Of a stretch of DNA of 64,000 nt, positions 27,881-37,407 are shown one piece after another. The position numbers were made by a program, and so were the translations under genes. The first letter of the stretch is position 1, and every line of letters starts with the position of its first letter. This stretch comes from Gemmatimonadaceae bacterium (GTDB lineage: Bacteria > Gemmatimonadota > Gemmatimonadetes > Gemmatimonadales > Gemmatimonadaceae). The notes beneath the pieces were generated by a model, which saw nothing but the letters and a program-made list of their open reading frames with translations, did no database searches and was not told the DNA's origin. The stretch lies in the NCBI GenBank assembly GCA_031412375.1, contig JANOCW010000101.1:4388-68387 (forward strand), read 5' to 3'.

Positions 27881-29902
27881 ATGGCCACCGCCACCGCCCC
27901 AATCCAAGCGACCGCGCACTACCACGTTGAGCCGACCGGGGTCATGAGCTGGCTGACCACCGTCGACCACAAGCGAATCGGTGTGCTCTATCTCTATTCC
28001 TCCCTCTTCTTCTTCCTCGTCGGAGGGCTGGAGGCGCTGATCATCCGCATGCAGCTCCACGGCCCGAACGGGACGCTGGTGTCGGCGGAGACATACAACC
28101 AGCTGTTCACGATGCACGGCACGACCATGATCTTCCTCGGGATCATGCCGCTGTCCGCCGCGTTCTTCAATTTCCTCATTCCGCTCCAGATCGGCGCCCG
28201 CGATGTCGCCTTCCCGCGGCTCAACGCCTTCAGCTACTGGGTGTTCATTCTCGGCGGCATCTTCATGAACGTGTCGTGGCTGATGGCTGCCGCACCCGAT
28301 GGCGGCTGGTTCGGCTATGCACCGCTCACCACCCGCACGTACTCGCCCGGCCTCAACATCGACTTCTGGGCGATCGGCCTCCAGATCCTCGGCATCTCGT
28401 CGCTCGCCGCGGCGTTCAACTTCCTGACGACGATCATCAACATGCGTGCACCGGGGATGAACCTGATGCGCATGCCGATGTTCACGTGGATGTCGTTCGT
28501 CGTGCAGTTCCTGCTCGTGCTCGCCTTCCCGGTGATCACGATCGCGCTGGTGTTCCTCCAGTTCGACCGGCTCTTCGGCACGAACTTCTACGCGATGTCC
28601 GCCGGCGCCGACCCGCTGCTCTGGCAGCACCTGTTCTGGATCTTCGGCCACCCGGAAGTCTACATCCTGATCCTGCCGGCCTTCGGCCTCGTGTCCGAGG
28701 TGCTCCCGACCTTCTCGCGGAAGCCGCTCTTCGGCTACCCCGTGATGGTGTACTCCGGCATCCTGATCGGCTTCCTCGGCTTCGGCGTCTGGGCCCACCA
28801 CATGTTCGCCGTGGGCATGGGTCCGATCCCCGACACGGTGTTCGCGCTGACGACGATGCTGATCGCCATTCCGACCGGCGTGAAGATCTTCAACTGGATC
28901 GCCACGATGCACGGCGGCGCCGTGCGCTTCACGACAGCGATGCTGTTCGCGATCGGGCTCGTGGCGCTGTTCACGATCGGCGGCATCTCCGGGATCATGC
29001 ACTCCTCGCCGCCCGCCGACCTCCAGCAGACCGACACCTACTTCATCGTCGCCCACTTCCATTACGTGCTCTTCGGCGGGTCGATGATGGGCATCTTCGC
29101 CGGGATCTATTTCTACTTCCCGAAGATGTTCGGCCGGATGATGGACGAGACACTGGGGAAAGTTCACTTCTGGCTCATGTTCGTCGGCATGAATCTCACG
29201 TTCTTCCCGATGCACTATGCGGGAATGAACGGCATGCCGCGCCGCATCTACCGGTATGACGCAGACCAGGGCTGGGACCTCTTCAACGCGATGTCGAGCT
29301 GGGGCGCCTACATGCTCGCGGTCGGCATGATCGTGTTCATCTATAACTTCTTCCGCAGCAAGGCGTCGGGCCCGATTTCCGGGAACGATCCGTGGGGCGG
29401 ATCGACGCTCGAGTGGTCGATCCCGTCGCCGCCGCCTGACTACAACTTCGCCGAGCTGCCGACGGTGACGTCGCGCTATCCGCTGTGGGATCTCAAGTCC
29501 CCTGGCCTCACCACCGATGTGCCGCACACCCGGGAGGGCGACAAGACGACGCGGGTGAAGGTTGCCGGCTCCGACGCGGGAGATGTCCAGTTCTCCAGCA
29601 CTGACCGGACACACCAGCCGGGCGCTGGGGCCATGCACGTGGAGCACCGCCTCCCCAGCGCGCAGACCCTTGGGATCCCGATGCCATTGGCGACGATCAA
29701 GCCGCTCATCGTCGCCGTCGGGATCATCATCATGTTCACCGGCATGCTCTTCCGCTCACAGCAGCTGGCGACGATTCAACGCGCCGCCGGTGAGGGATCG
29801 ACCATCGGGTCGACCATGCTCATCATTTTCGGCGCGATCGTCATGGTGGGCTCCCTGTACTGGTGGCTCCTCAGCCCGCTCGAGGAACATGCGCACCACT
29901 GA
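27881..29902 (+). CDS. ctaD: Cytochrome c oxidase subunit I with C-terminal 2-TM extension of about 130 aa
   Basis: Canonical haem-copper oxidase subunit I (WFFGHPEVY-type LFWIFGHPEVYILILP, HHMF, etc.). Canonical subunit I ends near ...TSRYPLWDLK, and the extension carries two further hydrophobic helices. Confidence 0.95.
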   Translation: MATATAPIQATAHYHVEPTGVMSWLTTVDHKRIGVLYLYSSLFFFLVGGLEALIIRMQLHGPNGTLVSAETYNQLFTMHGTTMIFLGIMPLSAAFFNFLIPLQIGARDVAFPRLNAFSYWVFILGGIFMNVSWLMAAAPDGGWFGYAPLTTRTYSPGLNIDFWAIGLQILGISSLAAAFNFLTTIINMRAPGMNLMRMPMFTWMSFVVQFLLVLAFPVITIALVFLQFDRLFGTNFYAMSAGADPLLWQHLFWIFGHPEVYILILPAFGLVSEVLPTFSRKPLFGYPVMVYSGILIGFLGFGVWAHHMFAVGMGPIPDTVFALTTMLIAIPTGVKIFNWIATMHGGAVRFTTAMLFAIGLVALFTIGGISGIMHSSPPADLQQTDTYFIVAHFHYVLFGGSMMGIFAGIYFYFPKMFGRMMDETLGKVHFWLMFVGMNLTFFPMHYAGMNGMPRRIYRYDADQGWDLFNAMSSWGAYMLAVGMIVFIYNFFRSKASGPISGNDPWGGSTLEWSIPSPPPDYNFAELPTVTSRYPLWDLKSPGLTTDVPHTREGDKTTRVKVAGSDAGDVQFSSTDRTHQPGAGAMHVEHRLPSAQTLGIPMPLATIKPLIVAVGIIIMFTGMLFRSQQLATIQRAAGEGSTIGSTMLIIFGAIVMVGSLYWWLLSPLEEHAHH

Positions 29903-29926
29903 GCGCCGCTCCCCCTCTCCGACGTC

Positions 29927-30604
29927 ATGACTGCCTCCGTGCACACCCACGCGCCCGCGCCGGCGCACGTCCACTACACGACCACCGGGCTCGATAACCG
30001 GAAGGTCGCGATCTGGGCGTTCATCGGCTCCGAGTGCATGCTCTTCGCGTCGCTGATCTCGACATACCTCATCTACAAGGGGCGGAGCCGCGTCGGCCCG
30101 TACCCGCACGAGTCGTGGACCAATCCGCTCAACGGGGAGGTGAGCGCCGGCATCCTCGACATCCCAGTCACCTCGGCATCCACCTTCGTGCTGCTGATGT
30201 CATCGCTGGCCATGGTGCTCGCCCTCGCGGCGGTGCAGAACAAGCACCTCCCGAAACGCACCCGCGGCGACCGGATTCTGGGCTCGTCACAGCTCTGGCT
30301 GTTCATGACCGCGCTGCTCGGTGCGACCTTCCTCGGCTTCCAGGCATACGAGTTCACGGCCTTCGTGCACGAAGGGCTCACCATCAAGACGAACCTGTTC
30401 GGCTCGACCTTCTTCACGCTGACCGGCTTCCACGGCGCGCACGTGACGGCAGGCGTGCTGTGGCTCCTCACCCTGCTCTCGATCGACCGCCGCCGGAACC
30501 TCGGCCCGGCCGATGCGCTCAACGTCGACCTGTGCGCCCTGTACTGGCACTTCGTCGACGTCGTCTGGATCGCGATCTTTACGCTCATCTACCTCATCAA
30601 GTAG
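29927..30604 (+). CDS. ctaE: Cytochrome c oxidase subunit III
   Basis: 225 aa with 5 TM segments. Conserved FTLTGFHGAHVTAGV and YWHFVDVVWI motifs. Confidence 0.92.
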   Translation: MTASVHTHAPAPAHVHYTTTGLDNRKVAIWAFIGSECMLFASLISTYLIYKGRSRVGPYPHESWTNPLNGEVSAGILDIPVTSASTFVLLMSSLAMVLALAAVQNKHLPKRTRGDRILGSSQLWLFMTALLGATFLGFQAYEFTAFVHEGLTIKTNLFGSTFFTLTGFHGAHVTAGVLWLLTLLSIDRRRNLGPADALNVDLCALYWHFVDVVWIAIFTLIYLIK

Positions 30605-30613
30605 CAGGGATCG

Positions 30614-30982
30614 ATGGCACACGAGCACGTTCCCGCGAATCCGCCGGTGGTGGCTCCTGCCGGCGCGCATGGCCATGCGGCGGAGCACCAGCATCCGACC
30701 GCGAAGACGTACTTCATCGTCGGCGCGATCCTCACGGCGATCACGGTGGTCGAGGTCGCCGCGTACTACATCACGCCCTTCGTCGAGTCGCCCTGGTTCG
30801 TTCCATCGCTGCTGATCATGTCGGCCGCGAAGTTCGCGATCGTCGTGATGTTCTACATGCACCTCAAGTACGATCACAAGCTGTTTCGCGCGCTGTTCAC
30901 CGGGCCGCTGGCGATCGCCTTCGTGACGATTCTCGCGCTCCTGCTCCTCTTCGGCCAGATCGGGAACCGCCTCCGCGGCTGA
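30614..30982 (+). CDS. ctaF: Cytochrome c oxidase subunit IV (bacterial caa3 CtaF-type)
   Basis: 122 aa with 3 TM segments. Has the AKFAIVVMFYMHLKYD motif typical of prokaryotic subunit IV, and the expected position after ctaE. Confidence 0.8.
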   Translation: MAHEHVPANPPVVAPAGAHGHAAEHQHPTAKTYFIVGAILTAITVVEVAAYYITPFVESPWFVPSLLIMSAAKFAIVVMFYMHLKYDHKLFRALFTGPLAIAFVTILALLLLFGQIGNRLRG

Positions 30983-30989
30983 GCATGCG

Positions 30990-31847
30990 ATGACCGTTCT
31001 CGCCCTGCTCCACGGCGGCGTCGCGATCGACTGGCGCCAGTGGACGATTCACTGGAGCACGGTCATCGGCCTCGCGGCCATCGGGGCTGTCTACCACTGG
31101 CGCGCGCGCGCCGCCGCTCCGGATCGGGGGCGCACCGCGCCCAGCACGGGCCAGCGCCTTTCGTTCTTCGCCGGCCTCGGTGTGATCTTCGCCTCGCTGA
31201 ACGGGCCGCTGCACGACCTCAGCGACTACTACCTGTTCAGCGCGCACATGGTGCAGCACCTGCTGCTGACCCTTGTCGCTCCGCCGCTGCTCATCGCAGG
31301 AGTCGCCGGATGGATGCTGCGCCCCGCGCTCGAGAGCAGCGTGATCGGGCCGGCGGCGCGGCGGGTGACTCGCGTGACGTCGTGCTACCTGATCTTCAAC
31401 GTGGTCATCGCGGTCTGGCACCTGCCGCCCGTGTACAACACGGCCATGGCGTATCACCCCGTGCACATCGCGCAGCACCTGACATTCATGGTCGCAGCGG
31501 TACTGATGTGGTGGCCGCTGATGAGCCCACTGCCCGAGCTGCCGCGCCTTGCCTACCCCGCTCAGATGCTCTACTGCTTCCTGATGATGATTCCGATGTC
31601 GATCGTCGCGATCTACATCGCGATGGCCGACTCGGTCCTCTACCCCGCCTACGCCTTCGCGCCGCGCATGTGGGGGATCTCGCCACTGGAAGACCAGCTC
31701 ATCGGGGGGCTCATCATGTGGATCCCCGGGGGCCTTTTCTTTCTCGGCGTGATGACGGTGGTGTTCTTCAAGTGGCAGGCACGGGACGGGGCTGACAGTA
31801 CCGAGGGGGCGCAGGCAGACTGGGTGCCGGCGAGCTCGCGCGCCTGA
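30990..31847 (+). CDS. ctaG: Cytochrome c oxidase assembly factor CtaG (Caa3_CtaG family membrane protein)
   Basis: 285 aa polytopic membrane protein with HMVQHLLLTLVAPPLL and WHLPPVY motifs. It is the last gene of the cta cluster. Confidence 0.8.
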   Translation: MTVLALLHGGVAIDWRQWTIHWSTVIGLAAIGAVYHWRARAAAPDRGRTAPSTGQRLSFFAGLGVIFASLNGPLHDLSDYYLFSAHMVQHLLLTLVAPPLLIAGVAGWMLRPALESSVIGPAARRVTRVTSCYLIFNVVIAVWHLPPVYNTAMAYHPVHIAQHLTFMVAAVLMWWPLMSPLPELPRLAYPAQMLYCFLMMIPMSIVAIYIAMADSVLYPAYAFAPRMWGISPLEDQLIGGLIMWIPGGLFFLGVMTVVFFKWQARDGADSTEGAQADWVPASSRA

Positions 31848-31851
31848 GGGT

Positions 31852-32228
31852 GGGGAGCGGACCGCGAAGCTCTGTCAGCTGCCAGGCTGACGTTGTGCGC
31901 TGCGTGGGCGTGGGGTCGAGTGGAAAACGGCGAGGTGCCAGCGACAAGCTGAAGTGCTCGAAGCTCCGAGCCTTCAAGCAGGAAGAGCGGGCGGGAAAGC
32001 CGGTGTTCCGGCCCGGTTCCACCCTCGTCGCCGCGCGTCACGGCGGCGGTGGTTGCACGTCGAGCCGTGTCCTGCAGGAAAGCTCGGCGCTACCAGCTCT
32101 GCAGCTACCTGCTGGCACCTCGCCTGTTCAATCCTTCCCTTCACAGTGGCCGCGGCGGCTCGCCCTCAGCCGATCACCGTTTCGGCCACACCATCCCCTG
32201 AGAGCTGGTCACTTCGCAGTCTACTCCC
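31852..32228. repeat. 377-bp composite repeat element: family termini plus an internal inverted pair of a module of about 55 bp
   Basis: Termini are GGGGAGCGGACCGCGAAGC (31852-31870) and CACTTCGCAGTCTACTCCC (32210-32228). The inner module ...GTCGAGTGGAAAACGGCGAGGTGCCAGCGACAAGCTGAAGTGCTCGAAGCTCCGAGCC (31913-31973) recurs inverted at about 32078-32135 (…CAGCTACCTGCTGGCACCTCGCCTGTTCAATCC). Lies between convergent stops at 31847 and 32244. Confidence 0.8.
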
Positions 32229-32243
32229 AAAGCCGGCCCGACC

Positions 32244-32972
32244 TCAAACCACCAGCAGCAGCACGTCGTACAGCGCGTGCGTCCACGCCGTGATGCCGAA
32301 TCCCCGTAGCAGGTACATCGCGCTGAACACCAGCCCGCCGATCATTCGGTACACGAACGACCCCACCTCGAGCGGATCGCCGTACGGCCCGACGTAGTGG
32401 AACGCGGAAAAGATGAACGCCCCCACCACGACCGCGAACACTCCGGCTGGTCCGATCCGCAGCTTGAGCGCCCTGCTGGCGAAGAAGGCGAGCGCCGAGA
32501 CCAGGATCACGCGGAAGAGCAGCTCCTCATAGATCCCGGCGCCGAGGGAGACCATGAGCTGAGTGCCCCACCCCATGGACTGCAATGGGCCGTCGTTGGC
32601 GAGCGTGAAAGCCTGCATCCCGGTGACATTCACGATTGCCGGGACGGGCAACCCCCAACCGCTCACCAGCGCGAACGGGGCGAGCACCCTCGCCGTAATG
32701 CCGCTGACCACCACGCCGAACAGCACCGCCAGCGCGAGCGATTCCGCGACCATTCCGGCGAAGACCGCCCCCTTCAGCGCGCGACCATTGGCCCGCAGGT
32801 CGCGACCGATCAGCCAGACGCTGGCACCGATGACGATTGCGCCGAAGAGCATCGTGCCGTATTCGCCCGCGATCGCCATGAAGGCCGACTTGATGAGCAC
32901 ATCAGCCCCATTCCGGATCCCGCCGCTCTCGTACGAGAGCACAGCCGCCAGCCCTTCATACAACAGGAGCAA
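32244..32972 (-). CDS. CPBP family intramembrane glutamic endopeptidase (CAAX protease/Abi family)
   Basis: Has the motifs IYEELLFRVIL, FSAFHY and HALYDVLL in a polytopic membrane protein. The track start is TTG at 32972, so the true start is uncertain. Confidence 0.8.
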   Translation of the reverse strand: MLLLYEGLAAVLSYESGGIRNGADVLIKSAFMAIAGEYGTMLFGAIVIGASVWLIGRDLRANGRALKGAVFAGMVAESLALAVLFGVVVSGITARVLAPFALVSGWGLPVPAIVNVTGMQAFTLANDGPLQSMGWGTQLMVSLGAGIYEELLFRVILVSALAFFASRALKLRIGPAGVFAVVVGAFIFSAFHYVGPYGDPLEVGSFVYRMIGGLVFSAMYLLRGFGITAWTHALYDVLLLVV

Positions 32973-33067
32973 GGGCAGGGCAAAAACGAGGCTGTACCGG
33001 TGAGCACGGCTCGCTCGCCAGTACGACCGCGGAGGAGCCGTGACGGATCGCCCTCGCAGACGCTCTG

Positions 33068-33562
33068 CTATTCGGTCCCCCCGAGCGCGTGAGCGAACTC
33101 AGTTCCAAGGGAAGGATGCGTGCGCCACATGTAGACCCCCATCGAGACGGACGCGAGCAGGTTGCCCGCCGCGATCTGGTACCACGCGAGGTTGCCGAGC
33201 AGTTCGGCCTGCGAGAGGAGTGCGCTGAGTCCGTAGAAACCCGTCTCGAACGCCACGAACAGGATCAACAGGCCGGCCAACACCGCGGGCTCTTCCTCCG
33301 CCTGGTGAATGATGTGCGCGAGGACGATCCCGACGATGCAGAACGCTCCATAATGAAAGAGGGTGTAGAGCGCGACCTGCACGAACGGCCCCTCGTTCGC
33401 TCCCGACCGGAGGAGGCTGAGGAGGGCGGTGCCCAGAATCGCGGGCGTATGGAACGGCCGTCCCGCCATGCTATCCACGATCAGGAACCAGAGTGCGACG
33501 CTGGTCGCACCGAGTATCCCGGCAATCAGACCTTCGCGCACCGTGCTGTGACGGCTCGGCAT
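33068..33562 (-). CDS. Hypothetical membrane protein (164 aa, 4 TM)
   Basis: ATG (cat at 33560-33562) is preceded by GGAGACAGCTA. The upstream part of the 288-aa track ORF is Arg-rich junk. No family recognised. Confidence 0.6.
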   Translation of the reverse strand: MPSRHSTVREGLIAGILGATSVALWFLIVDSMAGRPFHTPAILGTALLSLLRSGANEGPFVQVALYTLFHYGAFCIVGIVLAHIIHQAEEEPAVLAGLLILFVAFETGFYGLSALLSQAELLGNLAWYQIAAGNLLASVSMGVYMWRTHPSLGTEFAHALGGTE

Positions 33563-33730
33563 TAGCTGTCTCCTTGTTCTGGTGGAGCGACGCTCGGCGG
33601 CGGCGGCGACGCCGACATGACACCGTTGGGGGGCCTTGCAATCTGCGGTCGGCGGGGGCCGATTCCTAGTGCTCCAACCGCTCACCGGCCGGCACCAGTC
33701 ACCCGTCCTCCTACCATACGCGAGGCGCTC

Positions 33731-34270
33731 ATGTGTCCACGATCCCTGCACCGAAACGGCGAACTCTCGTACGTCGTCCTGACCGTCGTGGGGCTCTTCT
33801 CGGCGTGCAGTCCCGGTGATGGATCCGAGCGACCGGCGGCGGTACCGGTCGACCGTGCGTGCTCGACCCCGGCCGATTCGGTCGTCGGGTTGGCGGCCAA
33901 GAAATTCGTTGGATTCGTCAGCCCCAAGCCGCACCGCTTCCTCATTCCCGTCAGCACCGACTCGGCGTTGCCCAGCGGTGCATACTGGGCCCTCCAGACG
34001 ACTGGCGCGACGCTCAACATGTACCCGCGCGACACGACCGCGCAGAAACAGCTACGCCGCCAGCTCGGGGCCAATGGGTCGTATACCCTCCTGCTCATGA
34101 ACTACCACGGGCAGAAAAAGACGACCGATGGTCGCGTGGCGCTCGAGTTCAGTGGGCATTACCTGAGCGGGTCAGTCGATGGAACCGCCATTCCGCGCAC
34201 GGCCGTAATGTTCTCCTGCCACGCCGCGGGTGAGCGCTTCGTGATCGAGCCCGCGCTTTCGGGGGCATGA
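33731..34270 (+). CDS. Hypothetical lipoprotein (179 aa)
   Basis: ATG at 33731 gives MCPRSLHRNGELSYVVLTVVGLFSACSPG, which contains a lipobox. Its stop overlaps the next ATG (ATGA at 34267-34270). Confidence 0.6.
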   Translation: MCPRSLHRNGELSYVVLTVVGLFSACSPGDGSERPAAVPVDRACSTPADSVVGLAAKKFVGFVSPKPHRFLIPVSTDSALPSGAYWALQTTGATLNMYPRDTTAQKQLRRQLGANGSYTLLLMNYHGQKKTTDGRVALEFSGHYLSGSVDGTAIPRTAVMFSCHAAGERFVIEPALSGA

Positions 34271-35484
34271 CGGCCCACCCACCGGCAGGGGCGTCGGACG
34301 TCGGCGGACCGCTGTCCCCCGTCTTCCCGGCGTCGGCCACGGGAGCAGGAACAGCAGCGCGAAGCCCACGGGAGCGAATCGCCGCGCTCGATGTCTTCCG
34401 TGGGATCACGGTTGCGGGAATGCTCCTCGTCAACAATCCGGGGAGTTGGGGGAGCATCTATGCGCCGTTGCGGCACGCCGAGTGGCATGGGTGGACGCCG
34501 ACGGACCTCGTCTTTCCCTTCTTTCTCTTCATCGTGGGGATCACCACGCAGCTCTCGCTCGAGGTCCGGCGGGCCCGAGGCACGGGAGATCGTGAGATCG
34601 TCATCCAGATCCTCAAGCGAGGCGCGCTCATCATCGTGCTCGGCCTCCTCGTGGCCGCGTTCCCGTACACTTCGGCGCGAATCACGGGGATCAGGATTCC
34701 GGGAGTTCTCCAGCGGATCGGCCTCGCGTACATCGTCGCTGCCCTGATCACACTGCGCACGACTGTCCGTCAGCAGATCACGATTGCCGCCGGGATCCTG
34801 ATCGGATACTGGCTGGTGATGACGCTGGTTCCGGTGCCGGGCGGCGCGGCGGGAGTTCTCGACACGCCCTCCGAGACGATGGCCGCCTGGGTCGATCGTC
34901 TGTTGCTCGACGGTCACCTCTGGGCGCAGTCGAAGACCTGGGACCCTGAGGGTCCGCTGTCCACGCTGCCTGCGATCGTCACCTGCATGCTCGGGATCCT
35001 CGCCGGTCGCTGGATCGGGTCTGGCCGCCCCCTGATCGAACGGGTTGCCGGACTCTTCGCGCTTGGCGTCGTCGGGGCGGCGGCGGGGTCGGTGTGGGGG
35101 TGGGCCTTCCCCATCAACAAGAGCATTTGGACGAGCTCGTACGTCCTCTTCACTGCCGGCCTCGCGTGTCTCGTGCTGGCGCTCTGCATCTGGCTCATCG
35201 ATGTGCGCCGGATCACCGGATGGACGCGGCCATTCGTCATCTTCGGGACGAACCCGCTCTTCGCCTTCGTCGCGTCGGGCATCTTCGCGCGGCTCATCTA
35301 CACCGTCGTGAAAGTCCCTTACGGGGGAAGATCGGTCCCCGTGCAATCGGCGCTTTATCAGGCGGCCTACGCGTCCTGGCTCCCGCCCAAGGTCGCTTCC
35401 CTTGCGTTCGCGCTTTCAGTGGTCGGTTTTTTCTACGTCCTGCTCTGGGCGATGCACCGGAAGGGGCTGATTTTCAAGGTGTGA
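34267..35484 (+). CDS. Acyltransferase family membrane protein, HGSNAT/DUF1624/DUF5009-like
   Basis: Has RIAALDVFRGITVAGMLLVNNPGSWG ... WHGWTPTDLVFPFFLFIVG with about 10 TM segments. Confidence 0.75.
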   Translation: MTAHPPAGASDVGGPLSPVFPASATGAGTAARSPRERIAALDVFRGITVAGMLLVNNPGSWGSIYAPLRHAEWHGWTPTDLVFPFFLFIVGITTQLSLEVRRARGTGDREIVIQILKRGALIIVLGLLVAAFPYTSARITGIRIPGVLQRIGLAYIVAALITLRTTVRQQITIAAGILIGYWLVMTLVPVPGGAAGVLDTPSETMAAWVDRLLLDGHLWAQSKTWDPEGPLSTLPAIVTCMLGILAGRWIGSGRPLIERVAGLFALGVVGAAAGSVWGWAFPINKSIWTSSYVLFTAGLACLVLALCIWLIDVRRITGWTRPFVIFGTNPLFAFVASGIFARLIYTVVKVPYGGRSVPVQSALYQAAYASWLPPKVASLAFALSVVGFFYVLLWAMHRKGLIFKV

Positions 35485-35664
35485 TCCGCGTCACGTGGCG
35501 TGGCATGCCGGTCCCTCGATCGTCCTTCTCAATGGGGCCGTGTTTCCGGACGCTATCCCCAAGCCCGCAAAGAATTTGTCTGTCCTCCGCGCATTCGCCA
35601 TGTGCTTCAGGCGACTGCGCTGACCCTCCCTCGCAGGGCACGCGAGTTGCCTTTTCCCGACCCC

Positions 35665-37266
35665 ATGACGCGTTCCCGCCGCCCCCTGAGTCCGCTACTC
35701 CGTTCTGTTGCTGTCCTGGCAGGCTCTGCCGTTCTATGGCTGCCTGTCGAGACGAGCGCGATGGAACGCGAATACCTTGGGGTCGCGGATTCACTGCTGG
35801 CCGAGTCACGCCCGCAGCAGCGGACTCGACCGTCGCGGCGGCGCGCGGCGTCGCCGGTCCGCCGAGTGCGACCGACCGAGCCGACGAGCGCACCGGCGCT
35901 GGCGAGCGATCTCGGTGGCATGGTCGGTGGCCAGGTCCGCCACGGCCGGTGGGGCGTCATGGTCGTCTCGCTCACCCGGGGTGACACGCTCTACTCGGTC
36001 AACGCCGACTCGCTCTTCCAGCCGGCATCCACCATGAAGCTGTTCACCGCGGCGCTCGCACTCGAGCGCCTCGGGCCGAACCATTCCTTCAGCACCGACG
36101 TCTTTCGTGACGGCAACGTCGGTCCCGAGGGAACGGTGCGCGGGAACCTGATCCTCCGCGGCGGTGGGGACCCGGCGCTTTCGAACCGATTCATCCGCGG
36201 CGACGCCAACATGCCGATGACGCTGCTCGCCCGCCTCGTCCACGGCAAGGGCGTGCGACGCGTGACGGGTGACCTCATCGCCGATGCCTCGGCATTCGAG
36301 GAGCGACTCGTTCCCGAAGGCTGGCTCTCGCGCTACCTGCACGACCGGTACGCCGCACGCGTCTCTGCCCTGTCACTCAACGAGAACGTCGTCACGATCG
36401 CCGTTCATCCGGAATCGGCAGGGCCCGGCGCGCGGGTCGCGCTCGAGCCGTCGTCGAGTGCAATTACCGCGACGAGCGCCGTGCGCCTCGTGAAGGGAAG
36501 TCGCGGGGGGAACATCATCGTTCGCCGAACGAACGGCGGTGGAATCGAGGCTCGTGGGTGGATCGGGACGAATTCCGTCACTCGCCGCTACGAGCTCGTG
36601 GTCGAGGATCCGGCGATGTTCGCGCTCGGTGCATTCCGCGACGCCCTGGCCGCGCAGGGCGTGACGGTGGACGGCAGCATCCGCATGGGTGAGACGCCGC
36701 ACGGCGCCGTGAAGCTCGGCGGACTCCCGTCTCCGCCGCTCGACCGGCTCATCTCCGTCATGAATCGCGAGAGCATCAATCACTACGCGGAGCTGATCTA
36801 TCGCAACACGGCCCGCACCCAGAACACGCTCCCCGAAGGCTCGGCGACCGCCGGATTCGCGCTCCTTCGTGACTTCATGGTCAACAAGGTCGGCGCTGAC
36901 TCCAACGCGGTGCACGCCGCGGACGGCAGCGGCCTGTCCACGCTCGACCGCGTGACCCCGCGCGGGCTGCTGCAGCTGCTGGCCTACAGTCACAAGGCGC
37001 CGTGGGCCTCGTCGTTCCACGCCTCGCTGCCCGTCGCCGGTGAATCGGAGCTGCTCCGCACGCGGATGCGTTACACCGCTGCGCAGGGCAACCTTCACGC
37101 GAAGACGGGCACCACGAACTCCGTGATCTCACTCGGCGGCTACGTCACTGCCCAGAGCGGCGAGGTGATCGCATTCGTGTTCTTCTACAACGGTACCGAT
37201 CGCTGGAACGCGCGAGAGACCATCGATGCCATGGGCATCACGCTCGCGTCGTTCGTTCGAGAGTAG
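35665..37266 (+). CDS. dacB: D-alanyl-D-alanine carboxypeptidase/endopeptidase, PBP4 (peptidase S13)
   Basis: SxxK motif ASTMKLFT, S13-family features throughout, and an N-terminal signal sequence. ATG at 35665. Confidence 0.88.
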   Translation: MTRSRRPLSPLLRSVAVLAGSAVLWLPVETSAMEREYLGVADSLLAESRPQQRTRPSRRRAASPVRRVRPTEPTSAPALASDLGGMVGGQVRHGRWGVMVVSLTRGDTLYSVNADSLFQPASTMKLFTAALALERLGPNHSFSTDVFRDGNVGPEGTVRGNLILRGGGDPALSNRFIRGDANMPMTLLARLVHGKGVRRVTGDLIADASAFEERLVPEGWLSRYLHDRYAARVSALSLNENVVTIAVHPESAGPGARVALEPSSSAITATSAVRLVKGSRGGNIIVRRTNGGGIEARGWIGTNSVTRRYELVVEDPAMFALGAFRDALAAQGVTVDGSIRMGETPHGAVKLGGLPSPPLDRLISVMNRESINHYAELIYRNTARTQNTLPEGSATAGFALLRDFMVNKVGADSNAVHAADGSGLSTLDRVTPRGLLQLLAYSHKAPWASSFHASLPVAGESELLRTRMRYTAAQGNLHAKTGTTNSVISLGGYVTAQSGEVIAFVFFYNGTDRWNARETIDAMGITLASFVRE

Positions 37267-37269
37267 GCT

Positions 37270-37396
37270 GGGAGCGGACGGCGAAGCCGTCAGCTGTCAG
37301 CTGTCAGCCCTCAGGGATCAGACAATGGCGCACACGTCTTTCATGTGAAGGCTGATACCTGACAGGTGACCGCCGACGGCTTCGCCGTCCACTCTC
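37270..37396. repeat. Heptad TCAG-family palindromic repeat, copy D
   Basis: GGGAGCGGACGGCGAAG (37270-37286); TCAG at 37290, 297, 304, 311, 318; CTGA at 37352, 359, then degenerate GTGA and CCGA in register; CTTCGCCGTCCACTCTC (37380-37396). Lies between convergent stops at 37266 and 37408. Confidence 0.9.
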
Positions 37397-37407
37397 GATC
37401 TCGATCG

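Noticed and set aside
26450-29647. 1065-aa ORF on the minus strand.
   Set aside because: It is antisense to ctaC-ctaD, which have unmistakable motifs. The translation is low-complexity and Arg-rich.
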